A stretch of DNA of 64,000 nucleotides, from NCBI GenBank assembly GCA_900545885.1, contig URAF01000004.1, positions 65,100-129,099 of the forward strand, in the 5' to 3' direction. The DNA is from an uncultured Eubacteriales bacterium. Lineage in GTDB: Bacteria > Bacillota > Clostridia > Christensenellales > CAG-917. The notes under the pieces are model-generated. The model saw only the letters and a list, made by a program, of their open reading frames with translations, searched no databases and had not been told where the DNA came from. This document shows, in pieces, positions 8,557 to 22,430 of the stretch (position 1 is its first letter; every line of letters begins with the position of its first letter). Both the position numbers and the translations under genes were made by a program.

Positions 8557-10028
8557 ACACATATATCGGTATAGACCTCGGAACTTCCACCGTCAAAATG
8601 CTGTTGGTGGCCGCGGACGGTACAATTCTGTCTTCCGTTACCAAGGATTATCCCGTCAGCTATCCGCAGGACGGTTGGAGCGAACAGAACCCCGAAGACT
8701 GGTACACGGCGGTTCTCGCGGGGATTTCCGAGCTGCTCGAAGGGCAGGACAAAAAGGCTGTCAAAGGCATATCGGCAGGCGGACAGATGCACGGTCTTGT
8801 CGCGCTCGACGCCGACGACAACGTGGTTCGTCCCTGCATTCTCTGGAACGACGGCAGAACGGCAAAGGAAACTGAATATCTCAACACCGCAATCGGCAAG
8901 GCAAAACTTACCGAACTTACAGGCAACATCGCATTTGCGGGATTTACCGCGCCGAAAATACTTTGGCTCAAAGCCAACGAACCCGAAAACTTTGCGCGCA
9001 TTGCAAAAATAATGTTGCCCAAGGACTATATCGTCTACAAACTTTCGGGAACGTTTTCCAGCGACTTGTCCGACGCCGCGGGCACGCTGTTGCTCGATGT
9101 CAAAAACCGCAGATGGAGCGATGAAATGTGCAGTATCTGCGGAGTTTCCGAAAAAATGTTGCCCGAACTGCACGAGAGTTACGAGACGGTCGGCAAACTG
9201 AAAAGCGAACTTGCCGAAAAATTCGGACTCTGTGACGTGAAAATAATCGCAGGTGCAGGCGACAATGCGGCGGCGGCTGTCGGTACGGGTACGGTCGGCG
9301 AGGGCGGTTGCAACGTTTCTCTCGGTACGAGCGGAACGCTGTTCGTGTCGTCCGCGACTTATTCCGAAGACAAACGCAACGCATTGCACAGTTTCTGTCA
9401 CGCAGACGGCGGCTATCACCTCATGGGGTGCATTCTTTCCGCCGCGTCCTGCAACGCATGGTGGGCGGACGGTATTCTCGGCACCGACGACTATGCGAAA
9501 GAGCAGGCGGGACTCGACAAACAACTCGGCGACAACAACGTGTATTTCCTGCCTTATCTTATGGGCGAGAGAAGCCCTCACAACGACGTAAACGCACGCG
9601 GAGCGTTCATCGGCATGCGTCCCGATACAACGCGCGGACAGATGACGCTTGCGGTTATGGAAGGCGTGGCGTTTGCGCTCAAAGACTGTCTCGAAGCCGC
9701 ACGCGCAAACGGCGTTAAGGTCGAACGCATCAAAATATGCGGCGGCGGAGCAAAAAGCCCTCTGTGGCGGCAGATAATCGCGGACGTTTTCGATATGCCC
9801 GTGGACATTCCCGTGACGGAGCAGGGACCCTCTTACGGCGCGGCCATGCTTGCCATGGTCGGTTGCGGCGAATACGCCGACGTAAAGTCCGCGGCAGACG
9901 CGATAGTCAGGGTTTCCGAAACGGTTATGCCCGACAAATCGGCGGAGAAGTACCGCGAACGTTATGCGATGTTCGCAAAACTTTATCCTGCTCTGAAAGA
10001 CGTTTTCCGCGATATGAGCGGAAGATAA
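8553..10028 (+). CDS. xylB: Xylulokinase (FGGY carbohydrate kinase)
   Basis: YIGIDLGTSTVKMLL, GQMHGLVALDADDNVVRPCILWNDGRT, and the C-terminal FGGY domain GGGAKSPLWRQIIADVF. SD AAGGAG lies upstream. Confidence 0.9.
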   Translation: MNTYIGIDLGTSTVKMLLVAADGTILSSVTKDYPVSYPQDGWSEQNPEDWYTAVLAGISELLEGQDKKAVKGISAGGQMHGLVALDADDNVVRPCILWNDGRTAKETEYLNTAIGKAKLTELTGNIAFAGFTAPKILWLKANEPENFARIAKIMLPKDYIVYKLSGTFSSDLSDAAGTLLLDVKNRRWSDEMCSICGVSEKMLPELHESYETVGKLKSELAEKFGLCDVKIIAGAGDNAAAAVGTGTVGEGGCNVSLGTSGTLFVSSATYSEDKRNALHSFCHADGGYHLMGCILSAASCNAWWADGILGTDDYAKEQAGLDKQLGDNNVYFLPYLMGERSPHNDVNARGAFIGMRPDTTRGQMTLAVMEGVAFALKDCLEAARANGVKVERIKICGGGAKSPLWRQIIADVFDMPVDIPVTEQGPSYGAAMLAMVGCGEYADVKSAADAIVRVSETVMPDKSAEKYRERYAMFAKLYPALKDVFRDMSGR

Positions 10029-10107
10029 TCACATTGCCCATTTTCCCCTTTCGGACGATTTTTCTCCTTTTTCATCCCCAACCCGTTTCCGTCCGAAAAT
10101 TCATTGC

Positions 10108-10137
10108 GACGCGGCTAGTTCCGCGTCATAGTTTTTT
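10108..10137 (+). terminator. Rho-independent terminator after xylB
   Basis: gacgcgg-ctagtt-ccgcgtc, followed by atagtttttt. Confidence 0.65.
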
Positions 10138-10379
10138 ATCGGATAATTTTTGCGTGTTATTTTCGACTGCGCTTTTACCGTGTTTTGACTGCGTTATGTT
10201 TTCGGCTTTTGTTGCTTTTTTGGCGTTTTATAGGTGTCTTTTTGCACTTTTTATGCCTTTTTTCGGAAAATTTTCTTGGATGCTAGGAAAACCGATTGAT
10301 TAATACGTATATACTTATTGAAATAAACAGGGTGGAGCGCGGACGTTTTGTCTTTAGCTTGAAGGTACGGCAGAAGTAA

Positions 10380-12149
10380 GTGGCAGGCTATCCCGAAAGA
10401 TTTCTAGAAGAACTCAAATACAAATGCGACATCGTTTCTGTGATTTCGCAGTATGTTCCTCTCGTAAAGAAGGGGAGCAAGTATTTCTGTTGCTGTCCTT
10501 TCCACAACGAAAAGACGCCGTCCATGTGCGTCAACACCGACGGGCAGTATTACCATTGTTTCGGTTGCGGCGTAAGCGGCGACGTCATAACGTTCGTTAT
10601 GGAAATGGAGTCCGTCGACTACACCGACGCGGTGAAAATCCTTGCGGACAAAGCGGGAATGACGCTCCCCGAGTTCGAAGGTGACCGCGAATACAAGAAG
10701 AAAAAGGACAAACAAGCCGTCCTCAAACAGCTTATGCGTGACGCGGCGGTCTACTACCGCGCCAACCTCAAACGCGAAAAGGAAGGCAAAGAGGCGCGAG
10801 AATATCTTGCAAGCCGCGGCATTTCGAAAGAAACCTGCGTGCGTTTCGGCATAGGTCTTTCACTCGGATACGACCAGTTGCAAGGCTATATGCGCCGCAA
10901 AGGGTATTCAATCGAAAATCTGAAAGAGTGCGGACTTGTCGTCGGCGACAGACTTTCCGACGCGTTTGCGGGGCGTATAATCGTTCCGATTATGAACGGG
11001 GCAGGCGAAGTCATCGCTTTCGGCGGAAGAATTTACCACGGCGAAAAAGACGTTGCCAAATACAAAAATTCCACCAACACGTTGCTTTTCGACAAAAGCC
11101 GTTGCGTTTACGGTATAAACTTCGTAAAAAAAGAGAAAAGGCAAAACGGGGGGTTCAAAAACCTCGTTCTCGTCGAAGGGTATATGGACGTAATCGCGCT
11201 TGCGGGTGCGGGAATATATAACGCCGTTGCGGGAATGGGCACCGCACTCACTCCCATGCAGGCACGCGAAATCAAACGTTGCGTGGATATGGTGTATGTC
11301 TGTTACGACGGCGACGCGGCGGGAAGAAAAGCCGCGGTAAGAAACGTCGAAACCCTGCTTGCGGAAGGACTGGAAGTAAAAGTCGTATCCCTTGCCGACG
11401 GACTCGACCCCGACGACACAATCAAAAGCGAAGGCGCGGAAGGTTTCCACAAGAGATTGCAGGAAGCGTTGCCGCTTGTCGAATACAAACTCAAACTGTG
11501 CGAAGACGCATACGGACTTAGTTCCGCAAACGGCAGAGCAAAGTATGTGACCGCCGCACTCAAAGTTCTGGGCGCTGTCGCCAACAAAGCGGAAAGAGAA
11601 GTTTATCTCGGCATTGTGTCTGCAAAAAGCGGCGTTTCGGTCGAAACCCTCAACGCAACGCTTGCGGAAGCGGGCACCGTCAGACAGACCGCCGCTCCCG
11701 AAAAAAAGGTTGCGGAAAGGGAAAGCAGAACGGTAAGGGCGGCAAGGTTCGTGCTTTACGTGCTGTGCTCCAACAGAGCGTATGCCGACGCCGACATAAT
11801 CAATCCCGACTGGTTTTCGTTGCCTGCGCACAAAGAGATTGTGGAGTTCGTCAAGTCACAACCCAAGGGCGCAGTCGTTGCCGGCAATCTGTTCGACCGC
11901 GGAGTGGACAAAGAGGAGCTCGGAAAAATTCTCGGTTCAAACGTTGCCGTTGACAGCGAAATGAAAGAGCGTGTGTATTATTTCGATTGTCTTAACGTCG
12001 TTGCGGACGAGTACATCGCGGGACGGCTCGAATATCTCACCGCACGCTACAAGGAACTGACCGACGCCGCGGAGCGCCGTGCCGTTCTTATGGAAATTCA
12101 ACAGTATCAGAAAAAACTCAAATCCAAGAATATCAGAGATAAAATCTGA
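10380..12149 (+). CDS. dnaG: DNA primase
   Basis: GTG start. Zinc ribbon [28 protein letters not shown], Toprim [13 protein letters not shown]...YDGDAAG. Followed by sigA, as in the conserved dnaG-sigA operon. Confidence 0.95.
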   Translation: MAGYPERFLEELKYKCDIVSVISQYVPLVKKGSKYFCCCPFHNEKTPSMCVNTDGQYYHCFGCGVSGDVITFVMEMESVDYTDAVKILADKAGMTLPEFEGDREYKKKKDKQAVLKQLMRDAAVYYRANLKREKEGKEAREYLASRGISKETCVRFGIGLSLGYDQLQGYMRRKGYSIENLKECGLVVGDRLSDAFAGRIIVPIMNGAGEVIAFGGRIYHGEKDVAKYKNSTNTLLFDKSRCVYGINFVKKEKRQNGGFKNLVLVEGYMDVIALAGAGIYNAVAGMGTALTPMQAREIKRCVDMVYVCYDGDAAGRKAAVRNVETLLAEGLEVKVVSLADGLDPDDTIKSEGAEGFHKRLQEALPLVEYKLKLCEDAYGLSSANGRAKYVTAALKVLGAVANKAEREVYLGIVSAKSGVSVETLNATLAEAGTVRQTAAPEKKVAERESRTVRAARFVLYVLCSNRAYADADIINPDWFSLPAHKEIVEFVKSQPKGAVVAGNLFDRGVDKEELGKILGSNVAVDSEMKERVYYFDCLNVVADEYIAGRLEYLTARYKELTDAAERRAVLMEIQQYQKKLKSKNIRDKI

Positions 12150-12166
12150 TTACGCAGGAGGAAAAA

Positions 12167-13207
12167 GTGGACAGAGAACAACTGCTTAAACAAGAGATTG
12201 AGAAAATCGTTGCTCTGGGTCGTTCGAAAGGCAGTATCGCCGAGGACGACATTATGGCACGTCTCGAACATCTCAACGCCACAGCCGAGGACGTGGAAGG
12301 CGTATTCAAGGCTCTTGCCGCAGAGAACATCAACGTCGTGTCCGCAAAAGAGGACGACGACATCGACAAGATTATCGAAGGCAACTTCGACGACTCCGTC
12401 AAGATGTATCTCAAAGACATCGGCAAAGTGCCGCTGCTTTCCGCCGAAAGAGAAGTGGAACTCGCAAAGAGAATGGAAGAGGGCGACGAGGAAGCAAAAC
12501 AGATACTTTCCGAAGCCAACCTCCGTCTTGTCGTATCGATTGCAAAACGTTATGTCGGACGCGGAATGCAGTTCCTCGACCTCATTCAGGAAGGCAACCT
12601 CGGTCTTATGAAAGCCGTCGAAAAGTTCGACTACACCAAAGGGTTCAAATTCTCGACCTATGCTACGTGGTGGATAAGACAGGCGATAACTCGTGCTATC
12701 GCGGATCAGGCGCGTACTATCCGTATTCCCGTGCATATGGTGGAAACCATAAACAAGCAGGTCAGGGCAACCAGACAACTTTTGCAGAAACTGGGGCGCG
12801 AACCTACGCCCGAAGAGATTGCCGAACATCTCGGTTGCAGTGAAGAGCGCGTAAGGGAAATTCAGAAAATCGCGCAGGACCCCGTTTCGCTTGAAACGCC
12901 TATCGGCGAAGAAGAAGACAGTCACCTCGGAGATTTCATCGAGGACAACACCGCGCTTTCTCCTTCCGACGTTGCGGAAAGCAATATGCTGAAAGAACAG
13001 CTTGTGCAGGTGCTGAACACGCTGACTCCCCGTGAGGAAAAGGTGTTGAGATTGCGTTACGGTCTCGACGACAGCCACCCCAGAACGCTGGAAGAAGTCG
13101 GCAAGGAGTTCAACGTCACGCGTGAGCGTATCAGACAGATAGAAGCAAAAGCTCTGCGCAAACTGCGTCATCCCAACAGACTGAAAAAACTCAAGGATTT
13201 CGACTGA
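12167..13207 (+). CDS. rpoD: Primary RNA polymerase sigma factor (sigma-70/SigA)
   Basis: GTG start after SD AGGAGG. Region 2 [30 protein letters not shown], region 4 [30 protein letters not shown]. Confidence 0.97.
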   Translation: MDREQLLKQEIEKIVALGRSKGSIAEDDIMARLEHLNATAEDVEGVFKALAAENINVVSAKEDDDIDKIIEGNFDDSVKMYLKDIGKVPLLSAEREVELAKRMEEGDEEAKQILSEANLRLVVSIAKRYVGRGMQFLDLIQEGNLGLMKAVEKFDYTKGFKFSTYATWWIRQAITRAIADQARTIRIPVHMVETINKQVRATRQLLQKLGREPTPEEIAEHLGCSEERVREIQKIAQDPVSLETPIGEEEDSHLGDFIEDNTALSPSDVAESNMLKEQLVQVLNTLTPREEKVLRLRYGLDDSHPRTLEEVGKEFNVTRERIRQIEAKALRKLRHPNRLKKLKDFD

Positions 13208-13872
13208 TGCCGATACGACTTGACCGCAGACTTAACGCAATAGCGTCGCTTGTGCTAGGCAAGAAGATTTGCGACGTTGGAAGCGACCACGGCAAACTTG
13301 CGTGCTATCTGGTGCAGACGGGACGGGCGGAGTGCGCAATCGCAACCGACATAAGCGCGCCCAGTCTGCAAAAAGCCGAACGGCTTGCCGCAGAACTCGG
13401 CATTTCCGACCTTGTAACGACGCGCGTAGGCGACGGACTCGACCCCGTGACCGAAGACGACGTGGACACGGTCGTAATCGCGGGAATGGGCGGCGACCTC
13501 ATAGCCGGCATTCTCGAACGCGGCAGACAAGCGGGCAAGGACTTCGAATTCTACATACTGTCGCCCAACACGCACCCCGAACGGGTACGCGAACAGATTT
13601 GCCGAATGGGGCACACAATCGTGTACGACGGAGTTGCGGAGTGCGCGGGGAAAATCTATCCCGTCATAAAAACAATGCGGGGCGGGGAAGAGAAACTCGA
13701 CGCAATGCAACTCAGATTCGGAAAGTTTTTCCGTACGGACGAGGATTTCAAAGCTGCGGCGGAGAAGGAACTCGACAAACTCGAAGCCGTACTGAAAGGC
13801 AATCCCAACGCCGCCAATCTGGCGGGAAGAGCGCAGCTTTTGCGCAGTGCGCTCGACGAGGTGGAAATATGA
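13207..13872 (+). CDS. trmK: tRNA (adenine22-N1)-methyltransferase
   Basis: The SAM motif ICDVGSDHGKLACYL and the position directly after sigA match B. subtilis yqfN/trmK. Confidence 0.85.
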   Translation: MPIRLDRRLNAIASLVLGKKICDVGSDHGKLACYLVQTGRAECAIATDISAPSLQKAERLAAELGISDLVTTRVGDGLDPVTEDDVDTVVIAGMGGDLIAGILERGRQAGKDFEFYILSPNTHPERVREQICRMGHTIVYDGVAECAGKIYPVIKTMRGGEEKLDAMQLRFGKFFRTDEDFKAAAEKELDKLEAVLKGNPNAANLAGRAQLLRSALDEVEI

Positions 13873-14626
13873 AAATATCCGAAACCGTACAGGCAGTCGC
13901 GGATTTTGCGCCCGTACAGCTTGCCGCCGAATGGGACAACGTAGGTTTTCTCGTCGGCGACGAAGAGCGCGAATGCACGGGTGTGGTGACCTGTCTCGAC
14001 TGTACGGAAGAAGTAGTTGACAAAGCCGTTGCCGAAGGGTGCAATCTGATTGTAAGTCATCACCCGTTCATATTCAAAGGCATACGCGAACTCAACCTTT
14101 GCCGCACACAGTCGCGCGCAATCGAAAAGCTGTTCAAACACGACATCTCGGTGTATTCCGCGCACACCAACCTCGACGTCGCGGAAAACGGACTGAGTCA
14201 CAAACTCGCCGAGATGTTCGGTGGAGAGAACATAGTGCGCGAAGGGTTCGGTTGCTTTGCCGAACTGCGTCCCGTGAGTGCTAAGGAACTCGCAAAACGG
14301 GTTGCCGAAGTGCTCGGCGACAAGAGCGTCAAGGTGTGCGCACCCGACGCAACCGTCCGCAGAATTTACGTTATTTCGGGAAGCGGCGGCGGCAGCGAAG
14401 AACTTGAAATTGCGATGAAAAGCGCAGACGCGCTGGTGACCGGAAACGTAAGACACAACGTTTTCACGGACGCGGCGCAGGAGAATTTCCCGATTGTGGA
14501 GTTCTCGCACTTTTACAGCGAAATCATATGTTGTGACGTGCTGAACGAGATTATAAAGTCCCGTTTCGGCGAATTGAAAGTCGTATCCGCACGTCAGCAA
14601 TGCCCATACAAGACTTTGGAGGAACT

Positions 14627-14630
<4 letters not shown>
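13869..14630 (+). CDS. Nif3-like dinuclear metal center protein (YqfO family)
   Basis: ATG at 13869 overlaps the trmK stop (ATATGA). Motifs: WDNVGFLVGD, LIVSHHPFIFKG, YSAHTNLD. The longer track ORF from 13269 overlaps trmK in another frame and is rejected. Confidence 0.9.
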
Positions 14631-18389
<3,759 letters not shown>

Positions 18390-18456
18390 TCTGCCGAGGG
18401 CAGAGGTCAATCAAGCCGAAGCCCCAAGGGAGAAAAGACGGATTTGAATCAGTCCA

Positions 18457-18493
18457 GCCGCGCGCGTTGAAAAACGGGCGCGGCATTTTTTTT
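18457..18493 (+). terminator. Rho-independent terminator after lacZ
   Basis: gccgcgcgcg-ttgaaaaa-cgggcgcggc (one mismatch), followed by a T8 run. Confidence 0.85.
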
Positions 18494-18675
18494 GCCGACG
18501 TCCGAAAGCGAAGGCGTTTCGACGGAAGATACTGTTGAAAATACAATTCAATATCTAATGGAAAATTCTATGGAAAACCTTATCGAAAACCGATTGAAAA
18601 TCCGCTTTGAAATCCGACTTAAATCGCCGTAAACTGTAATCATATGGAAATATTTTGTATATTTTGCTGTTTGGG

Positions 18676-18704
18676 TTGACTTAATATCTGGGCGCAACTA
18701 TAAT
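18676..18704 (+). promoter_or_regulatory. Near-consensus sigma-A promoter for thrS
   Basis: TTGACT, a 17-nt spacer, then TATAAT, about 60 nt upstream of the thrS ATG. Confidence 0.75.
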
Positions 18705-18763
18705 TCTTTATGCTATTAAAATAAGCACGGCCGTTCGTGGGGCCGATTGCAAAGGAGTTTTTT

Positions 18764-20701
18764 ATGTTTATCACACTCAAAGACGGCAACAAAATGGAGA
18801 TTGACGGCGCAAAATCCGCGCTCGAAGTCACAAAGCAAATCAGCGAAGGTCTTGCAAGAGCGGCTCTCGTATGTCGCATTGACGGACAAATCGCTTCTAT
18901 GAACACGGTCATCGACAAGGATTGCACTTTCGAAGTGCTCACTTTCGCCGACGAAGAGGGCAGAGCCGCTTACCGTCACACTTGCTCGCATATTCTCGCT
19001 CAGGCGGTCAAGAACATTTATCCGACCGTTCAGCTCGCCATAGGACCCGCCGTTAAAGACGGTTTCTATTACGATTTCGATTTCAAGACCCCTATCACTC
19101 AGGCGGATTTCGAAAAAATCGAAGCGGAAATGAAGAGCATAATCAAAGCCGATATGCCCATTGTCAAGCAGACCGTTTCCCGTCAGGAAGCCGAAAAGCT
19201 TATCAAGAAGATGAAGCAGACCTACAAAATGGAACTGCTTTCCGATATACCCGAAGGCGAAGAAATCACTTTCTATACGCAGGGCGATTTCACCGACCTT
19301 TGCGCGGGTCCTCACCTTGCGTCCACGGGCAAAGTCAAATGTTTCAAACTCACGTCGCTCACCGGTGCTTACTGGCGCGGCAACGAGAAGAACAAAATGC
19401 TCACCAGAATTTACGGTACGGCGTTTGACAAAAAATCCGACCTCGAAGAGTATCTCAACAAACTCGAAGAGGCAAAGAAGCGCGACCACAACAAACTCGG
19501 TCGCGAACTTGGTCTGTTCATGACGGACGAAAACATCGGTCAGGGTCTTCCTCTCCTTATGCCAAAGGGCGCGAAAATCGTTCAGATTATGCAGCGTTTC
19601 GTCGAGGACGAAGAAGAGAAGAGAGGTTATCTCCTCACCAAAACTCCGATTATGTCCAAGAACAACCTGTTCATCACCTCGGGACACTGGGACCACTACA
19701 AAGACAAGATGTTCTACATCGGCGAAGAAGACGTCGACGACGAAATCCTTTGCCTGCGTCCCATGACTTGCCCCTTCCAGTTCACAATCTACAAGAACGG
19801 ACTTAAATCTTATCGCGATCTGCCTTTGCGTTACGCCGAAACCGCAACGCTGTTCCGCAAGGAAGCAAGCGGCGAAATGCACGGTTTGACGAGAGTGCGC
19901 CAGTTCACGCTTGCGGACGGTCACATCGTTTGCACGCCCGACCAGCTCGAAGACGAATTCTTCGACGCGGTCGACCTCATCAAGTTCATGCTCAAAACCT
20001 TCGAGCTCGAAAACGACGTGACTTACCGTTTCTCCCGTTGGGACCCCGCAAATGCGGACAAATACGTCGGCACCGCGGCAGACTGGGAAAAGACGGAAAG
20101 CGTGATGAAGAAAATCCTCGACGACCTCAACATCGAGTACACCGAAGCGTGGGGCGAAGCCGCATTCTACGGACCCAAACTCGACGTTCAAGGCACCAAC
20201 GTTCACGGCAAAGAGGACACGCTCTTCACGGTTCAGCTTGACTTCGCGCTTGCCGAAAGGTTCGATATGATTTACATCGACGAGAACGGCGAAAAGGCGC
20301 GTCCGCTTATCATCCACCGCAGTTCGATAGGCTGCTACGAGCGTACGCTTGCAATGCTCATCGAAAAATACAACGGAGCATTCCCGCTCTGGATGGCACC
20401 CGAACAGGTCAGAGTGCTTTCTCTTACCGACCGCACCGCAGACAACGCAAAAGCCGTTGCAAGAAAACTTACGGCGGCGGGACTGCGCGCAAACGCAGAC
20501 GTCAGAAGCGAGAAACTCGGCAAGAAAATCCGTGAAGCGCAACTTGAAAAAGTGCCTTATGTCCTCGTTATCGGCGACAAGGAAGCGGAGCAGGGCGTAG
20601 TTGCGGTTCGTCAGCGTACGGAAGGTGACCTCGGCACAATGCAGGTGTCCGACTTCATCGCGCTTGCAAAAGAAGAAGTCGCAAGCAAAGCGAGAAAGTA
20701 A
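18764..20701 (+). CDS. thrS: Threonine--tRNA ligase
   Basis: ATG at 18764 follows SD AAAGGAG. N-terminal TGS domain (MFITLKDGNKMEIDG), editing domain, class II core and anticodon-binding domain. 645 aa. Confidence 0.97.
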   Translation: MFITLKDGNKMEIDGAKSALEVTKQISEGLARAALVCRIDGQIASMNTVIDKDCTFEVLTFADEEGRAAYRHTCSHILAQAVKNIYPTVQLAIGPAVKDGFYYDFDFKTPITQADFEKIEAEMKSIIKADMPIVKQTVSRQEAEKLIKKMKQTYKMELLSDIPEGEEITFYTQGDFTDLCAGPHLASTGKVKCFKLTSLTGAYWRGNEKNKMLTRIYGTAFDKKSDLEEYLNKLEEAKKRDHNKLGRELGLFMTDENIGQGLPLLMPKGAKIVQIMQRFVEDEEEKRGYLLTKTPIMSKNNLFITSGHWDHYKDKMFYIGEEDVDDEILCLRPMTCPFQFTIYKNGLKSYRDLPLRYAETATLFRKEASGEMHGLTRVRQFTLADGHIVCTPDQLEDEFFDAVDLIKFMLKTFELENDVTYRFSRWDPANADKYVGTAADWEKTESVMKKILDDLNIEYTEAWGEAAFYGPKLDVQGTNVHGKEDTLFTVQLDFALAERFDMIYIDENGEKARPLIIHRSSIGCYERTLAMLIEKYNGAFPLWMAPEQVRVLSLTDRTADNAKAVARKLTAAGLRANADVRSEKLGKKIREAQLEKVPYVLVIGDKEAEQGVVAVRQRTEGDLGTMQVSDFIALAKEEVASKARK

Positions 20702-20775
20702 GCAAAATTCGGTAAAAGCGTTAAACGCAATCCGATTTCAAAACAAAACCGCAAAAACCAACTATCAAATTCAAA

Positions 20776-20804
20776 AACCCGCAAATCCTGCGGGTTTTTG
20801 TTTT
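20776..20804 (+). terminator. Rho-independent terminator after thrS
   Basis: aacccgca-aatcc-tgcgggtt, followed by tttgttttgtt. Confidence 0.85.
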
Positions 20805-20927
20805 GTTGGGGGGGGTGACTGATTGTTTTTTTGGTCATTGACTTATAAATTTTGCGGTCGTTGAAATATTAATGCTGAATTAAGTCAATCGGCACATAAT
20901 AATAGCGCAGTTGCGAATAAATGCAAG

Positions 20928-20956
20928 TTGCAAACATTCAATGAATGTTATATACT
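20928..20956 (+). promoter_or_regulatory. Putative promoter with embedded 7-3-7 palindrome
   Basis: TTGCAA, a 17-nt spacer, then TATACT. The spacer holds the inverted repeat AACATTC-AAT-GAATGTT (20933-20949). Confidence 0.5.
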
Positions 20957-20984
20957 GCATAAAAATGCAAATGAAGAGGGTTTG

Positions 20985-21710
20985 ATGATTTTTACGGGTG
21001 AACATTGGTATGTCGGTTTGCTGCAAGTACTTGTATTTGCCGCCGAAACCGCTTGCGTTCTGCGTTTCGTGCGCAGATATCCCGTTGTCAATCTCACTTT
21101 CGTTCGTTGCGTGGGAGCGGCTCTCTTTGCAGGCAAGATGGCAGAGTATATCTCGAAACAGGCTATCCCGCTCGACTTTTCCACTTTGTCCTATTTTCTT
21201 ATGGGCGTTGCCGTGTTTGTACCTCTCCGACCTTTACGCTCGACGGCGTCGTTTTGCGGTATGCTGAGCGGTATCATTTACGCCGTTACGCTTGCGCTGT
21301 TTCCGGAGTCGCATTTCAATTCGGGTATAAACGAAGCCACTCTTTTTACCGCGATGCTCAACCACAATCTACTTTATGCGGGCGGGCTTGCTTTGTCCGC
21401 GTACTATGTCTTCCGAAAAGAGGATGTTGTGTGGATTTTCGGGTGGATAGGCATTTTCGTCTGCTACGTGTTTTTGATGTCCGCGCGTTTCGGGGACGGG
21501 GGGACTACCATACTCAAAATTCTGGACGGTTCGGTGGTCACGATGGCGTTTCCCGATTTCGTTCCGACCGCGTGGTACTATGCGTTGTATTACACGGCGT
21601 GCATATTGTTGCTTGCAACGCTGTCCGCGGTTTTCTTTGTAGCGAACCGCAGATTGCACCGCCGCGACGCGCGCCGTTTTCTCGATTTTCCGCGTCGGAT
21701 TGCGTCGTGA
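20985..21710 (+). CDS. Hypothetical polytopic membrane protein
   Basis: ATG at 20985 follows GAAGAGGG. About seven hydrophobic segments and no recognisable motifs. The TTG at 20928 coincides with the predicted -35 and is rejected as a start. Confidence 0.6.
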   Translation: MIFTGEHWYVGLLQVLVFAAETACVLRFVRRYPVVNLTFVRCVGAALFAGKMAEYISKQAIPLDFSTLSYFLMGVAVFVPLRPLRSTASFCGMLSGIIYAVTLALFPESHFNSGINEATLFTAMLNHNLLYAGGLALSAYYVFRKEDVVWIFGWIGIFVCYVFLMSARFGDGGTTILKILDGSVVTMAFPDFVPTAWYYALYYTACILLLATLSAVFFVANRRLHRRDARRFLDFPRRIAS

Positions 21711-21752
21711 TTTTTCCGTCGGCGGAATATTGAAACATTTTTGTCAAATCGT

Positions 21753-21781
21753 TTGACACGACCGCGTATTTTTGGTATAGT
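21753..21781 (+). promoter_or_regulatory. Sigma-A promoter of the infC-rpmI-rplT operon
   Basis: TTGACA, a 17-nt spacer, then extended -10 TGgTATAGT. Confidence 0.7.
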
Positions 21782-21787
21782 AATCGG

Positions 21788-21897
21788 GCAAGCAAAGGTT
21801 TCCTTTCACCACCGACTTCGTCAAGTGGTTATCGCAATGAGATTTTCCCTTATGGGATTCGGTTGTGTCGGAGAACTTTGTTCGCCGACATTTTTTA
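21788..21897 (+). promoter_or_regulatory. Putative ribosomal protein L20 leader / transcription attenuator upstream of infC
   Basis: A ~110-nt leader ends in an intrinsic terminator, tgtcgg-a-gaac-ttt-gttc-g-ccgaca plus T6 (21866-21896), immediately before the infC SD. Position and architecture match the Firmicute L20-responsive leader. Covariation was not checked. Confidence 0.55.
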
Positions 21898-21911
21898 TTC
21901 GGAGGCAGCTC

Positions 21912-22430
21912 TTGAAGGAGTTAATTATCAACGAGAGAATAAGAGACCGCGAAGTCAGACTCATCGGTGAAGACGGCACGCAGTACGGTGTCATTTCCAT
22001 CGCCGAAGCGCGCAGAATCGCCGAGGACAAAGGTTTCGACCTGTGCAAGGTTTCTCCGCCCGACGTCACTCCCGCCACCTGCAAGCTGATGGACTACGGC
22101 AAGTACCGTTACGACCAGCAGAAGCGCGAGAAAGAGCAGCGCAAGAACCAGCGCATAGTCGAGTTGAAAGAAGTTCGTTTGTCCGCTACAATCGACATCG
22201 GCGACACCAAACGTCTTGCGGCACAGACAGCCAAGTTCATCGCCGAAGGCAACAAGGTCAAGGCGTCAATCAGACTCAAAGGCAGACAGCAGGCTCACCC
22301 CGATATAGCAGTCGGCATCATCAAGGACTACATCGAAATGGTAGGCGAGGGCGCAATGGTCGAAAAGGCTCCCGTTCAGGAAGGCAGAATTATCTACACC
22401 ATTCTCGCTCCCCAGTCCAACAAAAAGTAA
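21912..22430 (+). CDS. infC: Translation initiation factor IF-3 (non-ATG start)
   Basis: TTG at 21912 lies 6 nt after GGAGG. The sequence KELIINERIRDREVRLIGEDGTQYGVISIAEARRIAEDKGFDLCKV...MDYGKYRYDQQKREKE matches IF-3. The upstream part of the track ORF covers the leader and is rejected. Confidence 0.9.
   Translation: MKELIINERIRDREVRLIGEDGTQYGVISIAEARRIAEDKGFDLCKVSPPDVTPATCKLMDYGKYRYDQQKREKEQRKNQRIVELKEVRLSATIDIGDTKRLAAQTAKFIAEGNKVKASIRLKGRQQAHPDIAVGIIKDYIEMVGEGAMVEKAPVQEGRIIYTILAPQSNKK

Noticed and set aside
13269-13868. Upstream extension of the nif3 ORF
   Set aside because: It overlaps trmK out of frame and its composition is Arg-rich. The conserved Nif3 N-terminus starts at the ATG at 13869.
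18609-18620. 11-mer AAATCCGACTT shared with 33301-33311, and frequent AATCCG in intergenic regions
   Set aside because: In a 64-kb window, hundreds of 11-mer coincidences are expected by chance, and the 6-mer is not evidently enriched. I do not treat it as a repeat family.
18390-18763. Expected T-box riboswitch upstream of thrS
   Set aside because: I searched by eye for the conserved T-box sequence and a specifier-loop architecture and found none. Only a terminator, an A-tract array and a promoter with a short leader are present.
20808-20815. G8 homopolymer downstream of the thrS terminator
   Set aside because: It is intergenic, more than 100 nt from the nearest predicted promoter element and not inside an ORF. 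There is no basis to claim phase variation.
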